IMG/VR virus record: IMGVR_UViG_3300028735_000003
Location: 124,001 to 188,000 of that record
Strand: one strand, 5' to 3'
Length of the DNA stretch: 64,000 bases
This document shows positions 19,958-28,931 of the stretch, piece after piece (positions within the stretch are counted from its first letter, which is position 1; each line of letters starts with the position of its first letter). Both the position numbers and the translations under genes were made by a program. Under the pieces are notes generated by a model. The model was not told the origin of the DNA and searched no databases. It saw only the letters and a list, made by a program, of their open reading frames with translations.

Positions 19958-20263
19958 TTATCTTTTTCTTTTTCTTCGATCTATTTTGGTTTGTAATTCG
20001 TGATATTTATCATATCCTAATAGATTGGCATATGTATTCTCATCTTTAGAGGCTTCTATTTGTATTTTTTTTGCGTCAGATTTGCATTTATCGATTAAAT
20101 CTTGACCTGTTAATTCGACCACTCCCTTACCACCTAGAGATATCAATCTCTTAACAGTTTTGGATTTACAGTTTGGGCATGTATCTGGTGGATCTGCTTT
20201 AATTGAATATTCGTCTTCCCATTCATACGTACATGTTTCACATAAATGTTCATAAATAGGCAT
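19958..20263 (-). CDS. FmdB-family zinc-ribbon protein
   Basis: MPIYEHLCETC...CPNCKS..VKRLIS. Confidence 0.8.
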   Translation of the reverse strand: MPIYEHLCETCTYEWEDEYSIKADPPDTCPNCKSKTVKRLISLGGKGVVELTGQDLIDKCKSDAKKIQIEASKDENTYANLLGYDKYHELQTKIDRRKRKR

Positions 20264-20266
20264 ATA

Positions 20267-20452
20267 TTACTCCTTACTGTCTGTAACTAATAAACGGTCT
20301 ATTATTCTACACTCTATATCGTTTGCCCAATTAGACTTTATAAAATTCTTTTGTTTCTCGCTCTTAATTTCAAAAACTATAAATAGTCTACCTGTTGTTT
20401 GTTCATATTCTATTCTGACAGCCTCACCAATGATTTCTTCATAATTTTTCAT
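20267..20452 (-). CDS. Hypothetical protein
   Basis: 61-aa ORF with a GAGG RBS, filling the gap between neighbours. Confidence 0.6.
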   Translation of the reverse strand: MKNYEEIIGEAVRIEYEQTTGRLFIVFEIKSEKQKNFIKSNWANDIECRIIDRLLVTDSKE

Positions 20453-20478
20453 GATGACCTCATCAGTTAGATACCATT

Positions 20479-21888
20479 TTATAGGTCTAATAGGTCGACT
20501 TTATCTGAAATGTCATCAGGGTCTTTCATAAAGAATTCAGTATCGTCTTCTTGTGTTTTGTCGTCCAATAACGTGCCATTTGCTAGATTTTTTATGATTC
20601 TTCCTTTTCCAAGCTCTCCATCTCTATTCTTGATCAAATGATAAATCATGTCTGGATAGCTTTTCTCTTTATCTCTTGTTTCAATTTGAATTGCTATGTT
20701 GGCATTTTGAAGAATTAATGCTGAACGACCAACTCTGTGTAAACCAATTTTTTCTTCAGCATCTTTGGTAGGTTTGGCTCTGTTAAGCTGTACTGCGCTC
20801 AATACTATGCAGTTATGAACTCTAGCAAATTCATGTATCTTCTCTGCAATCTTTCCGAGCTTAAGCCAATCCTCCATTTCAGCGCCTTCATACGACATTA
20901 AACCTAGATAGTCTATTACAATGATTTTTGGATCATAATGCGCTTTAACATCCTCATAAATAAGCTCAATACTTTCCATCGTAGCGCCACGAGGAATATC
21001 TATAATTTCAAACTCGTATGGATAATTCTTAATGAATTTCAATGCTTTTTTAAGTTTGGCAGCTTCTTCCGCATCTAACGTCGCATTTCTTATCTTTTTA
21101 GACGGATTTCCAGACATACGAGACAAAACACGATTCAAACATGGTTTGAAAGGCATTTCTAACGAAAAATACAAAATATTATTTCCAGGCTTCCATCCCT
21201 CTGTCATATTTATGTTGTTGTCTTGTAACCACATTTGAATAGCCATATTCATAAGGAGCATGGACTTACCAGCACCAGATTCAGCACCAATTAGCAAAAG
21301 TTCTCCAGGTCTTAGTCCATCTGTGGCAAAATCTAGATATGAATATCCTGTTTTGATGCCACGATCAAAATTAGGATCGTTTATCTTCGCATTATATTCA
21401 TCCCTAAAAATTGGAACAGCTTCCTTAAGAGTCTTTCTCTCATAAGCTTTGATTTGACTTAGACTCTTAATCGATTGAAGTGTCTTTTGCATGTCAAGGG
21501 TGGCTTTATTGATATCAATACTTCCTGTCTGCAATTTTGCAAACTTATCTCTCATAGAGATTAATTCACGTTCTGCATATCGTCTCTTGAACTTTTCTAA
21601 GTCGTGCTTAAATTCCGAATCAACTATCTTTGTTTTATCAAGTTGTTCCCAGACATCTTTAATATGTGCTATTAGCTTATCATTTTTCCCCTTCTCTAAT
21701 CGCTCTGTTATTACTCTTAATGTTGGAATATCTTTATAAGTTCGAATATATCCAACAATTAGATTAGCTGCATTCCAAGCGTCTGGAGAAAATAGTGCCG
21801 TGTCACATTCATTAACAAAATCCAATGCATGCTTCTTATTTGTTACAAGTGTTTTGAGAATTATTAAATCTAACTCTTGCAAATTCAT
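20479..21888 (-). CDS. dnaB: Replicative DNA helicase (DnaB family)
   Basis: GIKTGY..LD, Walker A GAESGAGKS, YFSLEM, IVIDYLGLM, SAVQLNR, KNRDG. Confidence 0.92.
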   Translation of the reverse strand: MNLQELDLIILKTLVTNKKHALDFVNECDTALFSPDAWNAANLIVGYIRTYKDIPTLRVITERLEKGKNDKLIAHIKDVWEQLDKTKIVDSEFKHDLEKFKRRYAERELISMRDKFAKLQTGSIDINKATLDMQKTLQSIKSLSQIKAYERKTLKEAVPIFRDEYNAKINDPNFDRGIKTGYSYLDFATDGLRPGELLLIGAESGAGKSMLLMNMAIQMWLQDNNINMTEGWKPGNNILYFSLEMPFKPCLNRVLSRMSGNPSKKIRNATLDAEEAAKLKKALKFIKNYPYEFEIIDIPRGATMESIELIYEDVKAHYDPKIIVIDYLGLMSYEGAEMEDWLKLGKIAEKIHEFARVHNCIVLSAVQLNRAKPTKDAEEKIGLHRVGRSALILQNANIAIQIETRDKEKSYPDMIYHLIKNRDGELGKGRIIKNLANGTLLDDKTQEDDTEFFMKDPDDISDKVDLLDL

Positions 21889-22589
21889 TATTTACTCTTT
21901 CTAAAGTCTTCGCCAAGAACCGGAAATATCTTAAGATAGCCTTTTATTAAGCTCTCAATACTCTGTCTAAGTGTGCCTTGAAACTTTTCTATTATATTAG
22001 GACTATTCGTACACATAATAGTTGGTTGTTTATTTTGACTTCGGGTTCTGAACACTCCTTCAAGACTTCTAGCATACAGATCAGCCGCGTTTTCTGATGG
22101 CATGAATCTAGAATCGAACTCATCAATTACCAAAAAATCTACCATTGCTAACTCTCTTCTTGCAAGATATCTATCTTCACCAACACCTTGTGTAAGGACA
22201 TTAACAATATCACTGAGCGTAGAATATAGACAAGAAAACCCCTTTTGACTGGCTTTCTTTAAAATGCAGGTAGCAGTCATAGTTTTGCCAACACCATGAC
22301 CGCCAGCAAAACAAATAGAAACACCATTAATATATGATGCCTTTAAATCTGCTATATATTCGTTATATTTTGTTAATAATCTTGGATCGCCATGAAAGTC
22401 CCTTTCCATCTTGAGTGACCAATATTCTATAGGAATGTTACTCTCGGCATATCTGTTGATGGCGATCATTTTTATTGTTTTTGTCTTTTGATCGTCATCG
22501 CTATCTTCTATAACTGATAATGCTTCAGATAATTTCTTTTGAGGAATGGTATTAAGTGCTTTGGTTCTTGTGAAATCTAAAGAATCCAT
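21888..22589 (-). CDS. DnaC/IstB-like AAA+ ATPase, probable helicase loader
   Basis: GGHGVGKT, DFLVIDE, R......TIMCTN, G.DFR; translationally coupled to dnaB. Confidence 0.85.
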   Translation of the reverse strand: MDSLDFTRTKALNTIPQKKLSEALSVIEDSDDDQKTKTIKMIAINRYAESNIPIEYWSLKMERDFHGDPRLLTKYNEYIADLKASYINGVSICFAGGHGVGKTMTATCILKKASQKGFSCLYSTLSDIVNVLTQGVGEDRYLARRELAMVDFLVIDEFDSRFMPSENAADLYARSLEGVFRTRSQNKQPTIMCTNSPNIIEKFQGTLRQSIESLIKGYLKIFPVLGEDFRKSK

Positions 22590-22591
22590 TA

Positions 22592-23044
22592 TTAACCCTT
22601 TATCTTATTTAAGATGCTAGGATAGCCGTAATTAGTTTGTTTAACTTCACTAATGTTATGACTTTTTAGCTTTTCTGAAATAGCTTTTCTTTCTTCTTCT
22701 GCCGCCGCAATACGTAATTCTGCTAATTTAGCGGCACGCAAATCCATAGCAAACCTCTGTAAAGAATCTGGGTCATCATCTTCCGTGACAACTTTAGATG
22801 TTTCTATGGTTGGTTTTACATTTTTCTTAACACCATATTCATAAGTATTTTTAGTTTTAGGTTCCGCGGTATTAAGTATTACTTTAATAGCCATTATATC
22901 CTGCTCTGGGTTTTGTATTATTAAAATACTTTTGCCGTCTCTAGATTTCAATATATATTCTTTATCCCAAACTAGAACAACACCTTCAACACTTGTTCCA
23001 TTGCGAAATAATATCTTGACTTCTTGATTTGGTTCTATTTGCAT
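22592..23044 (-). CDS. Hypothetical protein
   Basis: 150-aa ORF in the replication operon. Confidence 0.6.
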   Translation of the reverse strand: MQIEPNQEVKILFRNGTSVEGVVLVWDKEYILKSRDGKSILIIQNPEQDIMAIKVILNTAEPKTKNTYEYGVKKNVKPTIETSKVVTEDDDPDSLQRFAMDLRAAKLAELRIAAAEEERKAISEKLKSHNISEVKQTNYGYPSILNKIKG

Positions 23045-23046
23045 AA

Positions 23047-23646
23047 TTATAATACTTTTTTTAAAATTGATAGGTCAAAACCCATATTCTCTACCCTAGA
23101 AAATGCTCGTCGCACTAATTCTGGCATATCTGACATATGATACAAAAAAGACAAATCGCCATATGTGTTAATTGGATATCCGATAGAAACAAATTGCTCT
23201 TTGTATTTATCTGGTAATTGAGTAGATCTATCTATGGTATTATTAACACTATTCTGCTTTAACAAAACGTTGAATTTATACTCATTAATTACACCTTCCA
23301 CAGTCATAAAAGAAATGGAAGTTAGTCTGCGTTTTGCCCTAGTTACTTTGTTTAGATACACCCAATCAATATATTCTTTTAGAAGAACAGGATCAGATGT
23401 CAGTAATGATGCTAGCTTCTTAATCTGAAATACTTCAAAAGATTTTGAAGGAGATGGACTGTTGAATTTGAACTTATACTTCACGTTATATGTATCATGA
23501 TACTTTTTACAAAAGTAACCCAAAATATGTGGAACTTTCCATTTAGAAGTATCTAAAGAATCAATCTCTTTGAATTTCTCAAAAAGTTGTTTGTACTTCT
23601 CATTTGGAACATCATTTAAATCATAATAATCATTTGGTGAATTCAT
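23047..23646 (-). CDS. Hypothetical protein, possibly a replication initiator
   Basis: 199-aa basic/aromatic ORF heading the loader-helicase operon; function inferred from position only. Confidence 0.55.
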   Translation of the reverse strand: MNSPNDYYDLNDVPNEKYKQLFEKFKEIDSLDTSKWKVPHILGYFCKKYHDTYNVKYKFKFNSPSPSKSFEVFQIKKLASLLTSDPVLLKEYIDWVYLNKVTRAKRRLTSISFMTVEGVINEYKFNVLLKQNSVNNTIDRSTQLPDKYKEQFVSIGYPINTYGDLSFLYHMSDMPELVRRAFSRVENMGFDLSILKKVL

Positions 23647-23925
23647 GGTATATTTCTTATGTGTATAGATTTTGTTACGTTACACCATATAAAATATTTT
23701 ATTTTGAAGAGTATATACTAAAATTCAAATTATCTAGTTACTTATTTTTAACGCATATATTGAACTTTATTGTAATTATACCCATGTTTATTTAAAATAA
23801 TATACGGCACTATATACGGAATTTAGTTATAATTTGCGATAATTTTCATTTATAGTATCAGTCTGGGCGTCTACAGTCGTATCTTTTAATCTTCAGTTAA
23901 AATGTAATCACGAGAACTTACGAGG

Positions 23926-26454
23926 TCAACTTGTTTTCATTTCTTTGCATTTTATGACACGGAACCCTTTTTCCGATGAATAAATTTCCGATCTAATAAT
24001 TGAGTGTTTTTTGAGAAACTTAACCTGGTCATAAAAATCAACTATTGCCGCAAATTTTTTACCAGGGAAAAATCTAATAACTCTTCCGATTCTCTGTAAT
24101 GCGCGAATACTGCTTTTACCACCGCCACATAACACCAGTGCATTTAGCATGGGTATATCAACTCCCAAGTCAAATATTGTGCTTGCTAGAATAGCCTGTA
24201 TTTCGCCTTTTATCAGCATTTCTTTAACTTCAATGCGGCGTTTAATAGAATCATTACCATATAACATTTCACATTTAATGCCAGCTTTTATCATGCTATC
24301 AAACAAAATCTGACCATGTTTAATATGCTTGAAAAGTACAAGTGGAGTGTACTTCTTTTCTAGAAGTTCTTTGGTTTGCTGAATAATTAGCATATTTCTG
24401 ACAGCGTTATCAGTGATATACGTTTTGTAGACTGTCTGATATTGAGCCAAAGGCATGCTAATTGGAGGTACGGCTATAAACTTTATGATTGGTTGCGCCA
24501 ATATCTTTTTATCAATCAATTCAGATGCTGATACATCTACTATTTGTTTACCAAGTATACCATTTATTAATAAATCTGTATTGTCATCCCTATATGGCGT
24601 ACCACTAAATCCGTATATGTGTTCAGGGTCAATCTGTTTATGTATTGACTGTATAGTATCACACGTGACAACGTGACATTCGTCGAATATATGAACTTTA
24701 GTTTGTTTGAGTAATGTAAGTATCTTTTCTTTTTGTGATAAATCTACCTTTTCTTCGCAACTTATTTCATCATCTGTACAGATGTTCTTTTTATTTATAT
24801 TCAGAGCGCTTCCAATTGTCCAAATACTGGCAACGTTTATTCTTTCTATTTTGCAAACACCATCACCAATATAACCTATTGGCTCTTTAAACAATATAGA
24901 AAACAGATCATGTGTCTGTTTAAGTAAATCAAGACCTATTACATAAATAATTGTAGGTTTGTTTAATTTTGCAGATATTAATGCGGTACACAGAGTGTTA
25001 TGTGTTAGAATAAAATCATCTGTTGTATATAAATGATCTTTTGAATCTATTAATATACATTGTGCCTGTTTTTTACCAACAAATTCTATTTTGTCAATAT
25101 ATTTAAACGGTTTATATTTTGTTTTTTCGGCAAACAAATTTCTTTTTCTAGATAACCTAAAAGGATTTAATTCTTTTGGCAAAGATATAAAAACTGCGAA
25201 GATATTTTTGCCATCTTTATGAAGATTTTTATACGTGTGATGTGTTTGTTTGTTTTTTATAACCGCTTTACCACCCAAAGATTGTACTATAAATTGTACA
25301 TTTTTAGATAATTGAGATGAAGAACTATAAAAAATTATTGATTTTCCATTTTTAGAGAAAAATCCATTAGTATCCATTAATCCTTGCAAAATTGCTAATC
25401 TAACATCAATACTATTGTATAAATAATCATTTGGTATAAATTTGTCTGAAGATTTTATTCCAATAAGATTATATGCTTTTAATTTAAATATTAACTCATT
25501 TGGTGGAAATCCTTTTTTGATTCTATTAATTACAGAATATTTACTTTTATATTTTTTAATAATTTTTATTGTTTTAGGAATTAAATTACGACAATTATTT
25601 ATAACTTCATCACTTGAAGATAATGATAAACTGTATTCAGAAGACAAACATCCATCACCTAATAAGACTCCCAATAAATATGGATTAATAGTTACATCTC
25701 TTTTATTAAAATGGACAGGTTTTACCATTGGAATTGAATGGTTTCTGCTATTATTTTTATTGTCTTTTAAAGGCTTTATTGAAGATCTAATATCTTGTAA
25801 AGACTTAACACTTCCACTATTGTGTTTTCTTTCATCATAAGTACTTGTATACCATAAATGATCATTACAACATTCAGTTGATGTTCCATCAGAAAAAGAT
25901 ACTTTGTAAATATCTTTTTCCCCTTGTGGGAAAACACTTAAAACATTTTTTGGATTTCCGTCAGAGCCAATAACGCACATGCCTGGAATAATTTCCCCCA
26001 TAGTTATCCAACCATTAGGCGTTAATATCTTTGCATCTAATGGTTGAGCCTTACCAGAACCAGTACAGGCTCGCACAATACCATTGCGCGAATTGCAAGC
26101 GGAATCAACAATTCTTTCCTGATAATCTCTTGGAACCATATTGATATTATTTAAAACATCAGACAGATCAATAGGTTTATTAATTTGTAATGGTGGTCGT
26201 AAATCTTCAATATCCAAATTAACATGTCTTTTATTAATGAATTCTTTAATATCTTCTAGGAGTCCTAAAAAAAAATAACCTCTTTTATCAATAAGAAATG
26301 TTCTACCAGACCACCCATTCTTGTAAGCCTGCGTATATTCTACACCAACTTTTTTATAAGAAAACTCAAATAACAACAATTTAAATAATGAAGAATCTTC
26401 TAATATTATCTGCGCATACTTATTATTATGTATTATGATTTTGCCTTTTTGCAT
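23926..26454 (-). CDS. Superfamily 2 DNA helicase (UvsW/XPB-like) with an intein
   Basis: PRDYQ, TGSGK|intein|T, IFDECH, GFSGTP, GVDIP, QRIGRVIR. Confidence 0.9.
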   Translation of the reverse strand: MQKGKIIIHNNKYAQIILEDSSLFKLLLFEFSYKKVGVEYTQAYKNGWSGRTFLIDKRGYFFLGLLEDIKEFINKRHVNLDIEDLRPPLQINKPIDLSDVLNNINMVPRDYQERIVDSACNSRNGIVRACTGSGKAQPLDAKILTPNGWITMGEIIPGMCVIGSDGNPKNVLSVFPQGEKDIYKVSFSDGTSTECCNDHLWYTSTYDERKHNSGSVKSLQDIRSSIKPLKDNKNNSRNHSIPMVKPVHFNKRDVTINPYLLGVLLGDGCLSSEYSLSLSSSDEVINNCRNLIPKTIKIIKKYKSKYSVINRIKKGFPPNELIFKLKAYNLIGIKSSDKFIPNDYLYNSIDVRLAILQGLMDTNGFFSKNGKSIIFYSSSSQLSKNVQFIVQSLGGKAVIKNKQTHHTYKNLHKDGKNIFAVFISLPKELNPFRLSRKRNLFAEKTKYKPFKYIDKIEFVGKKQAQCILIDSKDHLYTTDDFILTHNTLCTALISAKLNKPTIIYVIGLDLLKQTHDLFSILFKEPIGYIGDGVCKIERINVASIWTIGSALNINKKNICTDDEISCEEKVDLSQKEKILTLLKQTKVHIFDECHVVTCDTIQSIHKQIDPEHIYGFSGTPYRDDNTDLLINGILGKQIVDVSASELIDKKILAQPIIKFIAVPPISMPLAQYQTVYKTYITDNAVRNMLIIQQTKELLEKKYTPLVLFKHIKHGQILFDSMIKAGIKCEMLYGNDSIKRRIEVKEMLIKGEIQAILASTIFDLGVDIPMLNALVLCGGGKSSIRALQRIGRVIRFFPGKKFAAIVDFYDQVKFLKKHSIIRSEIYSSEKGFRVIKCKEMKTS
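24997..26049 (-). mobile_element. Class 3 (Ala1, WCT-motif) intein, 351 aa, with LAGLIDADG domain
   Basis: Starts AQPL; block B DHLW; block F AQCI; block G ILTHN|T; endonuclease motifs LLGVLLGDG and LQGLMDTNG. Confidence 0.9.
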
Positions 26455-26622
26455 TTTATATTAGTTTTCCCAAAATAAAATCAAATTATATAGCACTTTC
26501 TATAATTTTTTCTATTAAACGTTTTGTTATACTCTTATAGATAAGTGTTCTTATTAATTTAATTAAATGTGTCTAAATCAAATATATCTTGATTTCACTG
26601 CCAAAATCATAATAAAATTCAT

Positions 26623-27875
26623 GAAAACCTCGCAAGGAGACCCACGGCTTTAGCCGTGGGAGGAATTGCGGATTAAAAAATTTAATCCGCTTATTATTTT
26701 TATTTGATTTTCTACTACTAATTATATATATATCTGTGATGCGAAGAATTTATAGTTTTTATTTATCCGCTCCTGATGGGTTTTTAGATTTCCTAAAAAC
26801 CTGTGCAGATATTTATTCGCATCATGTCGAGTGGGCTTTCGAAAATAAATCTACCAATAAAGTTAAAGCTCATCAAGATTTATATCAGAAATTACGATCT
26901 CTTTATCCTGATATTCCTGCCAATATCCTACAAGCTACAAGAGACCAGGCATTAGAGGCAGTTAGAAAGTTGAAATTCAAAATTAAACCGAAAAAGAAAC
27001 CATATTCTGCGGTTAGATATGATGTAAGAACCATTTCTCTTCGTGGTAGTCTATTAACTTTCTCTTGGTCAGGTAAGAGAATCAGAACCCTAATTAACTT
27101 ACCTAAATATTTTCAGCAATATCAAAACTGGACGATGAAGTCTGGAACTATTGGATATGATCAACAAAAAAAGAAACTTAAAGTCAGCTTAATTTTCGAA
27201 GCTCCAGATACTCTTCCTATTCAAAACTCTAATCGAATAGTAGGAGTAGATAGAGGATTATATAATATCGTCTCGTTGTCGGATGGTCAATTATATAATG
27301 CGAAACAAGTAAGAAAACAAAAACGAAAGTTTCTATATGTTAAAAGACAACTTCAAGCAAAAGGCACTCATTCTGCCAAGAGAAAATTACAGAAAAGGTC
27401 AGGACGAGAAAAGCGGTTCAGCTTGAATATTAATCATATTATTTCGAAATGGTTAGTTAATCAACCTTATGATATTTTTGTTCTTGAAGACCTTAAAGGA
27501 ATAAGGAAACAGAAAAAAGCAAGAAATTAAACGGTTGGTTATCTAATTGGACTTTCTATCAGTTAGAAAAATTTTTAGAATATAAAGCATTAGCATTAGG
27601 AAAACAAGTAGTTAAAGTTGATGCAAGATATACTTCTCAAAAATGTTTTAATTGTAGAATTATTGAAAAGTCTAATAGAAATAAGTCGAGATATATTTGT
27701 AGCAGATGTGGTTACATAGAACATGCAGACATTAATGCTGCTAAAAATATTAAGACAAATTATTTTATCTCGTTAGCTGAAAAGAATAACGAGCAGGCTG
27801 TTGTCAATCAGCCAAATGCAGCCAAAACTAATGTTTTGAGCAGCAAGCCCACGACTTTAGTCGTGGGTTATTGAC
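26623..27875 (+). mobile_element. IS200/IS605-family (IS1341-like, tnpB-only) element, copy 1
   Basis: Left hairpin cccacggctttagccgtggg; right hairpin cccacgactttagtcgtggg followed by ttattgac. Ends defined by identity with copy 2; preceded by TCAT. Confidence 0.88.
26736..27874 (+). pseudogene. tnpB: TnpB RNA-guided nuclease, frameshifted near 27520
   Basis: RuvC-I (VGVDRG) and RuvC-II (VLEDL) lie in the first frame, which stops at 27530. The rest (KLNGWLSNWTFYQL..FLEYKA...YTSQKC..C...C..C..HADINAAKNI) continues in the -1 frame to TGA at 27874. Confidence 0.88.
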
Positions 27876-27933
27876 ATAACGTATTTCTTATATTATCAAA
27901 GGCGTTAATGTGAAAATTTTTGTCGTTTATAGC

Positions 27934-28785
27934 TTATTTTATTCCGAAAATTTTCTGGAAAAATCCAAGAAAAGTTGACTCATGCGCTCGCAATGGTTCG
28001 TCGGCAGATTTATCTATCACAGCAGGCTCGGAATGTAAATCCAATTCTATTGGAATAAGTGGCACTTGGGGTATTCTTTGTTTTGGCTCGTGATGTAAAC
28101 CTTTTGCAAATGCTTCTAATTCAGCAGCGGTTCCGCGATATTGATTTCTATCAACTACGACATTAATTCCTGGAACATGTAGAACAGTATCGCCAACAGC
28201 ACATTGATCGCCAGACCTTTGCCAAATAGTCCACCCAACTTTCTTCCAAACATATGGAACATACTTATCTGGATTCTTAGTATAAGCGGCAAGCCACAAA
28301 GGATAACGTGAAAGTTTATTTACTATCTCTTCATTTGGATACCACTCACCTTTATCATTTTCTCTTCCACCATGCTCATCGAAATACGGTCCGCCAGTAT
28401 AGACTATTGGTGTAACATTAGATAATTTTTCCACAGTTTCTAGAAACGAGATATTCCAATTAATAAAGTCTTCCTTGGACAACGTATTTTTGTTATCTTC
28501 TATATCCAGAGCCAACATATCTGCCGGGTCTAATTTACCAACAGTAGCAACAAAATGTGTTGCTTCTTTTATAGGATCATTCTTAGTATGAGCAAAGTGA
28601 TAAGCTCCTCTGATTAATCCAACTGATTTGATTCCATCCCAATTAAGTTTAAATCTTTTTTGCATATACGTTTCACCATCGGTTGCTTTGCAGAAGGCAT
28701 AAGCGATTCCGCTATCTTTAACCTTTTTCCAATTAATGAAACCTTGAACATCAGAAACATCAATTCCTTCCAACATATAAGTCAT
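27934..28785 (-). CDS. GH25 muramidase (endolysin)
   Basis: GIDVSDVQG.INW, KATDG, GAYHF, LDIED, LWLAAY, WQ.S, VDRN; amphipathic C-terminal tail. Confidence 0.9.
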   Translation of the reverse strand: MTYMLEGIDVSDVQGFINWKKVKDSGIAYAFCKATDGETYMQKRFKLNWDGIKSVGLIRGAYHFAHTKNDPIKEATHFVATVGKLDPADMLALDIEDNKNTLSKEDFINWNISFLETVEKLSNVTPIVYTGGPYFDEHGGRENDKGEWYPNEEIVNKLSRYPLWLAAYTKNPDKYVPYVWKKVGWTIWQRSGDQCAVGDTVLHVPGINVVVDRNQYRGTAAELEAFAKGLHHEPKQRIPQVPLIPIELDLHSEPAVIDKSADEPLRAHESTFLGFFQKIFGIK

Positions 28786-28819
28786 ATTTATCTCCTTTTA
28801 TACCAAAAATAATGATAAT

Positions 28820-28859
28820 AAATCTGCCTGATAGAATAAATTCTCCAGCAGGCAGATTT
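28820..28859 (-). terminator. Stem-loop between tubulin and endolysin genes; candidate terminator
   Basis: 11-bp inverted repeat aaatctgcctg/caggcagattt followed on the minus strand by an A/T-rich run. Confidence 0.5.
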
Positions 28860-28931
28860 CTTCTAACAGTATATAGTTCTATATTTTGCAGCAACGAATA
28901 CAATTGACAATATTATATTGTCATATATTGA

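Noticed and set aside
27505-27530. Programmed -1 frameshift at A6G in tnpB
   Set aside because: The run is phased AAA-AAA-G rather than A-AAA-AAG, and TnpB is not known to need frameshifting; a 1-nt deletion or assembly error is simpler.
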